A DNA stretch of 64,000 bases, taken from IMG/VR virus record IMGVR_UViG_2513237329_000013, positions 1 to 64,000 of that record; one strand, 5' to 3'. Positions 58,217-64,000 of this stretch are shown piece after piece. The notes under the pieces were generated by a model. It made no database searches. It worked only from the letters and a program-made list of their open reading frames with translations, and was not told the origin of the DNA. Origin of the DNA: a virus. Its lineage: Duplodnaviria > Caudoviricetes. Both the position numbers and the translations under genes were made by a program. The stretch's first letter is position 1. Every line of letters begins with the position of its first letter.

Positions 58217-58657
58217 TCAGCTCACCTCAGTATCGTAGTTGTTTTTAAGGACTTTCTTTACCATAGCCCATCCATCGTCAGTTAGCTTCTTCTCATAACC
58301 ATAGCGTGTCAGCGCCCGCTCGTAAAAACGAAAACGCCGATGATCTTCACCATAAACAACGATTTTTGTCTCAAATGTCTCTGACAGAAAGACTTCATTC
58401 TCAAATTCGAGAAGTTTATCCCTGCACCAGATCAGAGCCTCAGCGCCGCAGCGTCCAGTGTACTTCAAAGAAATATTGTTATCCTTGGTCTGATTGAAAT
58501 AGCCATTTAATGCTTTCTTCTTATCTGCTACAGCGAATACGACCTGATACTCAACGGATCTCGACCGATAGAAGCGATAGAACGCGATCATGCAATACTG
58601 CCCGTTTGAGAGCCTATGTCGCTCGTAGTAGCACTCGTTTTTACTGTTCCATATCAT
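58217..58657 (-). CDS. Hypothetical protein
   Basis: Coupled ORF; probable start MIWNSK. Confidence 0.6.
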   Translation of the reverse strand: MIWNSKNECYYERHRLSNGQYCMIAFYRFYRSRSVEYQVVFAVADKKKALNGYFNQTKDNNISLKYTGRCGAEALIWCRDKLLEFENEVFLSETFETKIVVYGEDHRRFRFYERALTRYGYEKKLTDDGWAMVKKVLKNNYDTEVS

Positions 58658-58817
58658 CAGCGTGATTCTGCGGATGACAGCGCGGAAATGGGCAGTTATC
58701 ACAATCATTGCCATCGCAACACTCGCCGTCATTTCTAAGTGCGCGAACAATCACATAGCAAATAGCGAAAATAGCAAAAATCAGACCAATAAGAGTCAGT
58801 ACATCATCAATTTTCAT
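58641..58817 (-). CDS. Small TM plus Cys-rich protein (58 aa, below cutoff)
   Basis: MKIDDVLTLIGLIFAIFAICYVIV...CCDGNDCDNCP. Confidence 0.6.
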   Translation of the reverse strand: MKIDDVLTLIGLIFAIFAICYVIVRALRNDGECCDGNDCDNCPFPRCHPQNHADDMEQ

Positions 58818-58822
58818 ATGGT

Positions 58823-60061
58823 TTAACTAATTCCTTTACTCGTTTTTTCAATCCACTCCGTAAGCAAATCCCTCATGCGCTTACTTGGCAGATATAAGCT
58901 GATTTCTTCACCGTTTCTAATTGCAGAACGCCAGATCCACTGAATCATAGTTGACAACGCATAATGGTCGTTATCAAAAATTACACCCTTACTCGCGTAA
59001 TAGTGAACGATATCGCCATTCGCAAAAAGATTGATTGGGTAGGCCAGCGCCCGACAATGGCTAAATTGGTTGGTTGCCTTTGCATTAAAGACTACAGATG
59101 AGTTCCAATAGCCCTTTCCTCTGATTCTCCCCCAATACTCCTTGTAAGTACCGCACATTCGCTCTTGTGCTGGAATATCACCGCTTCGCTTTTGAAAGTA
59201 GTTCATCAAATTGCGGCGAACCTGATTCACACCATCTGTTTTTGACTTGTACCAGTTCATAGAAAGCGCGTGTTTCATATCGCCAACACTATTGATTCGC
59301 TGACCGTCATCAATATGAATCATGTCTTTCAGCCGATACACATAATCCGGAACATACTCTGGTTTGTCGGAAAAGATATACCCTCCGCCCTCTGTACGGC
59401 GAATACCGATATTCACATATGGGATATTGTTGATCTGCATAAACAGATCCATTTCAGAGTTTTTGAACAGATAAGTAAGCACGAACACATCATCAACAGC
59501 TTCCAACAGCTCTTTGGAGAATAGCCAGTACCACACGCACCCATTCTGCTTGGATTTGTTATAAACCAGCGGTCTTGATGCCATAAGGCGAAACATGTGA
59601 GAAAATACGCCGCCGTCATACGGCTTATCGGTTCTACGGTATTCGTCCGGAGCAGCCTCATAAACATATCCGGCATCAATAGCGAGCTGGATATCGGAAT
59701 AGGCGATCTGTTTATCCGCCTGTAGCACGGTCACTTCCTCGTCGATGATAATACAGTATCCATTTTCCTTTAGGAGCTGGATCGTCTCTGGCGTATAGTA
59801 CATAAGGCACTGATGTGTCGATGTAATATTGCGCCCCTGCCGAATCAGCCCTAATGTGTGCATAGCCTTAGAAAATAGGAATTCCGGAATCCTGTCACTC
59901 GGCTCAACGAAATCTGCCTGAGGACAGTTATTCTTAATTCTTTCCGCTTCTGGGAGGTACGGCGTGATATAGAGAAACTTCTTTTCCGGATGTGCGTTAA
60001 TATAGCCAATCGTCGCGCTGGTCTTGCCACTGCCCATAATAGCATCACACACTTTGACCAT
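58823..60061 (-). CDS. P-loop, SF2 helicase-like protein
   Basis: DAIMGSGKT Walker A, IIIDEE Walker B, QWIWRSAIR motif VI-like. Confidence 0.75.
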   Translation of the reverse strand: MVKVCDAIMGSGKTSATIGYINAHPEKKFLYITPYLPEAERIKNNCPQADFVEPSDRIPEFLFSKAMHTLGLIRQGRNITSTHQCLMYYTPETIQLLKENGYCIIIDEEVTVLQADKQIAYSDIQLAIDAGYVYEAAPDEYRRTDKPYDGGVFSHMFRLMASRPLVYNKSKQNGCVWYWLFSKELLEAVDDVFVLTYLFKNSEMDLFMQINNIPYVNIGIRRTEGGGYIFSDKPEYVPDYVYRLKDMIHIDDGQRINSVGDMKHALSMNWYKSKTDGVNQVRRNLMNYFQKRSGDIPAQERMCGTYKEYWGRIRGKGYWNSSVVFNAKATNQFSHCRALAYPINLFANGDIVHYYASKGVIFDNDHYALSTMIQWIWRSAIRNGEEISLYLPSKRMRDLLTEWIEKTSKGIS

Positions 60062-60392
60062 CTTCGTCTACCTCGTCATCAAAGCCTTCTTCAAAATAGT
60101 CGCAGTATGTTTCATCCGGAACGCAATACGAATACGGTTCCCAGAAACTCACACGATCTACGGAGATATAATCGACCGAAGCATCGTCACCATAGCGGAC
60201 TTTCAAACAAACCGGAATGCCCAAGCGGTTTCTGATAATGGACTCTACAACACCGGCCTGCTGCGAAGAAGCAGCTTCAACATAACAGCCCTTATGAACA
60301 TTGTCGATCAGATTCCGATAAGAGTATGTGGACATTTCATGGCTTTCCAGCTTCATAATATCCTCGTATGCGGGTTGTGTTTTACGCCTCAT
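60045..60392 (-). CDS. Hypothetical protein
   Basis: GGAGG RBS; acidic tail; overlaps next gene. Confidence 0.65.
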   Translation of the reverse strand: MRRKTQPAYEDIMKLESHEMSTYSYRNLIDNVHKGCYVEAASSQQAGVVESIIRNRLGIPVCLKVRYGDDASVDYISVDRVSFWEPYSYCVPDETYCDYFEEGFDDEVDEDGQSV

Positions 60393-60551
60393 TTTCAGCC
60401 TCCAAAGTCACTCGATTTTCCGTGTTTTCGACCGAGTTGGTCGAAAATTAAGAAATTTAGATGCCAAACATACCGTTGTTCAACGCATTTCTTGTATCCG
60501 TACCCCTTAATACCAGACAAATCTTTTTTGTTTGTAGCAATGGAATAATCA

Positions 60552-61298
60552 TCACCCTACGAAATCATGATCTGAGACTACATTGATGCACATGTTTTTG
60601 TAGAGAGCTTTGTCTTCCTCATCGGTAATACCGAGGTAGCGCAAGGTCACTTCTGGAGAACTATGTCCAAATGCTCTTTGCAACATGGTAATGTCCAAAT
60701 TTGCCTTTTCACTATTGTACTTGTACTGATGCCATCCCCATGTTTTACGGCAGGTGTGAGTACCGATATTCTGTTTCAGTCCGCAAGCTGCCGCTGCTTC
60801 TTTCAAAACCTTACGGAAAGTACCAACCTGAATAGCACCGCCCTCTCTTGATGGAAAGAGATATTCTCCAGAGTGTAGATACGCACCTTTGATTGGAAAT
60901 GCCCACTCAAGAGCATCCTTACAAGCAGTATTCAGGAAAACAGTTCTATGTTTCTTTGTTTTGCTCTGGTAGATGTCGATTCCGTCTGAGGTGTTTTCCT
61001 CATCCTCAATCAGCCTTACAGAACCATCAGGGGAGAATACCTGGTTCATCTTCAAATCCAAAAGCTCATTTGCTCTTAATCCGAGATTGATGCCTAAGGT
61101 GAATGCAAGCACATACTTATTATTCTTATGCTCATACAGCCAGTTTGCCATAGCAATAATGTCCTTATGAGTTTTGATGGGATATACAGTTTGGCGTTCA
61201 CCAGTTTTGCAGTTATTGGGTTTCTTCTTGCTAAGCAGCTTTTCAATCTCCGGATGTAAGGTTATTTGTAGGATCGCACCTTCGGTAGACTGCCCCAT
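60552..61298 (-). CDS. Tyrosine recombinase (short, catalytic-domain type)
   Basis: GLRANEL, KTKK, HTCRK, FGHS and RYLG catalytic set. Confidence 0.92.
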   Translation of the reverse strand: MGQSTEGAILQITLHPEIEKLLSKKKPNNCKTGERQTVYPIKTHKDIIAMANWLYEHKNNKYVLAFTLGINLGLRANELLDLKMNQVFSPDGSVRLIEDEENTSDGIDIYQSKTKKHRTVFLNTACKDALEWAFPIKGAYLHSGEYLFPSREGGAIQVGTFRKVLKEAAAACGLKQNIGTHTCRKTWGWHQYKYNSEKANLDITMLQRAFGHSSPEVTLRYLGITDEEDKALYKNMCINVVSDHDFVG

Positions 61299-61380
61299 AT
61301 TCACCACTCCTTGCATATTGTTTAGCTAATTCTTTAGTGGAAGAAAAAGCGTTGTTCAACGAACAATCCTTACATAAGAT

Positions 61381-61408
61381 ATTATACCACAAATCGGTCT
61401 AAAGTCAA
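61381..61408 (-). promoter_or_regulatory. SigmaA-type promoter of the recombinase operon
   Basis: TTGACT-16-TATAAT with extended TG. Confidence 0.7.
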
Positions 61409-61810
61409 TAAAAATCGGATAGAAAATATTGTTTGGCTAATTCCACTGATTTGCAAATTCGATAGAAGTGCGTTGATTAAGGCGTATTCCGTAGCATAAA
61501 AATATGAAAATGTATTTTTGCATGTTGCCAAGAAGACGAAGAATAAGCGTTGATTAAGGCATTCTTCCGAAGAGAAGTCTGTAGCAGAGGATATTTATAT
61601 TTGTAAGGAAATATATCGTTGATGAACGGTGTGTTTGTGAGATGATGGTTCGGTGAAAAAGATAGAGGCGTGGAGAAGAGGGTACAAAGCCAAATTTTTG
61701 GCGTTGGTGAGGTCGTGAAAATATGAACCGTCCCCGCCTTCCGTATGGTCAAAACTGGCGTTGATCTCCGTTGATTCCGCATACTCCACAAAAGCGGAAC
61801 CGAAAAAGGC

Positions 61811-62237
61811 GGCGTTTCTGCTGCTGTCCGTGTCTGTCGGTGCTGGGCTGGCTCTGGTGGTTGATCTGCTGGGCGTTCGGTGAGACGGGGAGAAAAGCGG
61901 CGTTTTACTGTCGTTTTCTCTTCGTTCCCTCTCTTCTCATGGTCTACAGTGCCGCGCTTCTGGCTCTCTGGCTCTGGCTCGATCTCTGCGGCTCTGGTGG
62001 GGCTTAGTGTCTGCTGGGCGGTCTTGTCTCCGCTGCTGCCGTCGTGCTGGCTCTGGCTTTTCTGGCGTTTCGCTTCTGGGCTTGATCTCTGGGGCGGCTC
62101 TGCCGCTGGTGCTGTCTCCGTGTCCTTTCTGTCCGTGTGTCGCTTCTGGGGCTGGCGCTTCGTCCGCTCCGGTGCTGTCTGAGCGTGTCCAGGCGTTCCC
62201 GTGTCCAGTGCTGCGGCTCTGGTGGGGCTGGGCTGGG
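61811..62237. other. Adenine-depleted low-complexity non-coding tract
   Basis: About 18 A in 427 nt on the plus strand by hand count; repeated CTGG and GCTCTGG. Confidence 0.75.
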
Positions 62238-62385
62238 AGACGATGCAGGCCAAAAGGATATAGCAGAATGCACAATTCTGAAATGGTGTATTTGTATGAT
62301 ATGCTAATGGCATATTGCACAAAAAGATGCTGTTTTTGACTTGCTATTTTTACATTCTGTCAAGATATTATTTAGCTATTCCCTA

Positions 62386-62414
62386 TTGCAAATTCCGCTT
62401 TTGTGTGGTATAAT
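62386..62414 (+). promoter_or_regulatory. SigmaA-type promoter of the divergent plus-strand block
   Basis: TTGCAA-17-TATAAT with extended TG. Confidence 0.75.
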
Positions 62415-62510
62415 CCTTTATGTAAGGTAAAGGAAACGAGATCGACGGCGGCGGGTGCGCCGCTGCTGGACGGTCTAAGGAAGTAGTTAAATAATACGGA
62501 GGTTATAATC

Positions 62511-62858
62511 ATGAATAAACTGTCGGCTCTCGTCCCTCTGAAAAGCAAAATCACTGTCTATGTTCCCGCTACGGTATCCGTAGATCAGGAGATCGACAAT
62601 GCTGCATACGTTGAGCGCGTCGCGCGTACTCTCTCCGCCTGTTTCGGCGGTGCTACGGCTTCGCCGGTGCGCGGTTATTGGGTTTCCGACTCTGGGGAGC
62701 TGGTAAAAGAGGCCACAACAATGGTTTTCGCGTACTGCTCCACGGCTGACGCTGAAAAGTATATTGATGATGTTGTTTCCCTCTGCTACGAGCTGAAGCG
62801 CGAAATGGGTCAAGAAGCGATTGCCCTTGAATATAACGGCGAGATGTATTTCATCTGA
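62511..62858 (+). CDS. Hypothetical protein (ferredoxin/PII-like fold guess)
   Basis: GGAGG RBS; FGGAT...G.W....G.LV.E and QEAI motifs. Confidence 0.75.
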   Translation: MNKLSALVPLKSKITVYVPATVSVDQEIDNAAYVERVARTLSACFGGATASPVRGYWVSDSGELVKEATTMVFAYCSTADAEKYIDDVVSLCYELKREMGQEAIALEYNGEMYFI

Positions 62859-62923
62859 TTGAGTAAAACAGCGGCGGCGGGGTCATTCCCGCCGCGCCGG
62901 TAAAATGAAAGCGGGGTTTTGAA

Positions 62924-63211
62924 ATGAAAGCAACGAGAAAGCAAATCAAGGCGGCAAACGAGATCGCGGCGCGGTTTAGCGGATGGCACGAGCCGCACGA
63001 GATCGCGGCGATGTATGACGAGCTGGAGAAGATCGGCGTTTCTACTGGCTGCATCACAAACCGGCAGGACTTCCCGAATCTTGGATGCTGGCAAGGCCAT
63101 TGCGAGTGGTACATAAACGGCGAGGAAGTGGAAAACAGCGTTTTTGTGTACTCCGTCTATGAAGGAAATCCGAATATCACGCGCAACGATTACAACATTT
63201 ACTTTTCTTGA
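62924..63211 (+). CDS. Hypothetical protein
   Basis: 95 aa ORF in plus-strand block. Confidence 0.7.
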   Translation: MKATRKQIKAANEIAARFSGWHEPHEIAAMYDELEKIGVSTGCITNRQDFPNLGCWQGHCEWYINGEEVENSVFVYSVYEGNPNITRNDYNIYFS

Positions 63212-63213
63212 AA

Positions 63214-63274
63214 TCCCGCCTGATGATGGTTAGATGGTAACTAACCGAAACGGCCACGGCTGGCCGTCGTGGGA
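63214..63274 (+). ncRNA. Type I hammerhead ribozyme
   Basis: Stem I UCCCGC/GUGGGA, CUGAUGA, stem II GGUUAG/CUAACC, GAAA, stem III CGGCCA/UGGCCG, GUC cleavage triplet at 63266-63268. Confidence 0.88.
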
Positions 63275-63326
63275 AACCGAAATTAAAACGCGCTGCGGCG
63301 CTGGTCAATGAAATGAGGTAAACGAA

Positions 63327-64000
63327 ATGAAAAAGTACAATGTCAAGTCGATCATGTCACGCGCCTGGGCTATCTATCACGAAACCGACAAAGGCGATGG
63401 CCTGCGCCCTGTGTTCTCTCTCTGTCTGGCTATGGCGTGGGAAGACGCAAAGAACACGCCGGAAAACATCCTGCATCAGTGGGCGGCGATGGATACCAAA
63501 GCGCAGATCAACATGCTGACGGCTAACATCAAGAAGGCGGCAAAGAACGAAATCGGATACAGCACAGAAGATCACTATGCAGAGTTTAACGAGACTGTCG
63601 CATGGTTCTTGAATCATCACGGGATCGACGGCCTTGTAAATGAGGCTTGGGTAAAGCTGGCGGAACGGCTGGATGCTGACTATCTGGACAAGCTCAACGC
63701 AAAACGCGCCGCGTCTGGCAAGGTCAATATTTCTCTGGTGGCTCTGGTGTATCGCAGTGCGAAAGATGCAATCCGCGCCGTATATCGTGACGATATCAAA
63801 CACGGACGCGCCCGCGTTCACGAGATCACCGACAAGAACGGCGAGAGCCGCGACTATCTGGACACGATGGCAAGCACCGGCAAGGATGAGACGGCAAGCA
63901 CTGCAACGCTGCGCGTAGCGCTGGAACAGTTTGTAAACAGCCGCGATGAAATCGACCGCATGATTATTGAATGCAAGCGCGACAATTACACGGAACGCGA
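63327..64000 (+). CDS. Sigma70/ECF-like factor, truncated by window end (not in ORF track)
   Basis: Open frame MKKYNVKSIMSRAW...; region 2-like DGLVNEAWVKL; region 4-like DRMII....YTER; GAGG RBS. Confidence 0.65.
   Translation, partial: MKKYNVKSIMSRAWAIYHETDKGDGLRPVFSLCLAMAWEDAKNTPENILHQWAAMDTKAQINMLTANIKKAAKNEIGYSTEDHYAEFNETVAWFLNHHGIDGLVNEAWVKLAERLDADYLDKLNAKRAASGKVNISLVALVYRSAKDAIRAVYRDDIKHGRARVHEITDKNGESRDYLDTMASTGKDETASTATLRVALEQFVNSRDEIDRMIIECKRDNYTER

Larger units (their letters stand above)
1..64000. mobile_element. Segment of a large SPbeta-like siphovirus or prophage genome (Firmicutes/Clostridia host inferred)
   Basis: Co-oriented terminase-portal-capsid-tail-tape measure-fibre-lysis genes, YonO-like RNAP, HU, tRNA cluster and tyrosine recombinase; GGAGG-type RBS and sigmaA-type promoters; no host housekeeping operon or att site seen. 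Confidence 0.93.

Noticed and set aside
60552-61470. attP/attL site next to the tyrosine recombinase
   Set aside because: No host junction or duplicated core visible; the enzyme lacks an arm-binding domain and may be a resolvase
61477-62339. Several overlapping ORFs of 78-281 aa on both strands
   Set aside because: Base skew removes stop codons; low-complexity translations with no RBS

Overview
The whole window looks like part of a large SPbeta-like tailed phage or prophage of a gut-type Firmicute (Clostridia), mostly on the minus strand. In transcription order (right to left) it has a tyrosine recombinase, a P-loop/SF2-like protein, small ORFs, an HNH nuclease, a cysteine desulfurase, a YonO-type single-subunit RNA polymerase, a YonK-like protein, a phosphoesterase and HU. 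A 6 kb RNA cluster follows with 21 tRNAs, a tmRNA, a ROOL-like giant ncRNA and an HDV-like ribozyme. Then come terminase, portal, head, tail, tape measure and tail fibres, a complete diversity-generating retroelement (target-avd-TR-RT) and a lysis cassette. A divergent plus-strand block begins near 62.4 kb with a hammerhead ribozyme and a sigma-like gene. The main finding is that one template repeat matches two variable regions. One is in the adjacent tail adhesin. The other is 40 kb away in a stand-alone lectin-like gene inside the RNA cluster, directly downstream of the ROOL-like RNA, and it has the same GAAA hairpin at the same spacing. Also notable: a minimal HDV-like (theta) ribozyme placed to cut the 3' end of the CCA-less tmRNA, a long tmRNA tag, four unexplained CAGCRA stem RNAs behind tRNAs, and two recurring intergenic motifs. 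All family names come from motif recognition by eye; no database searches were run.
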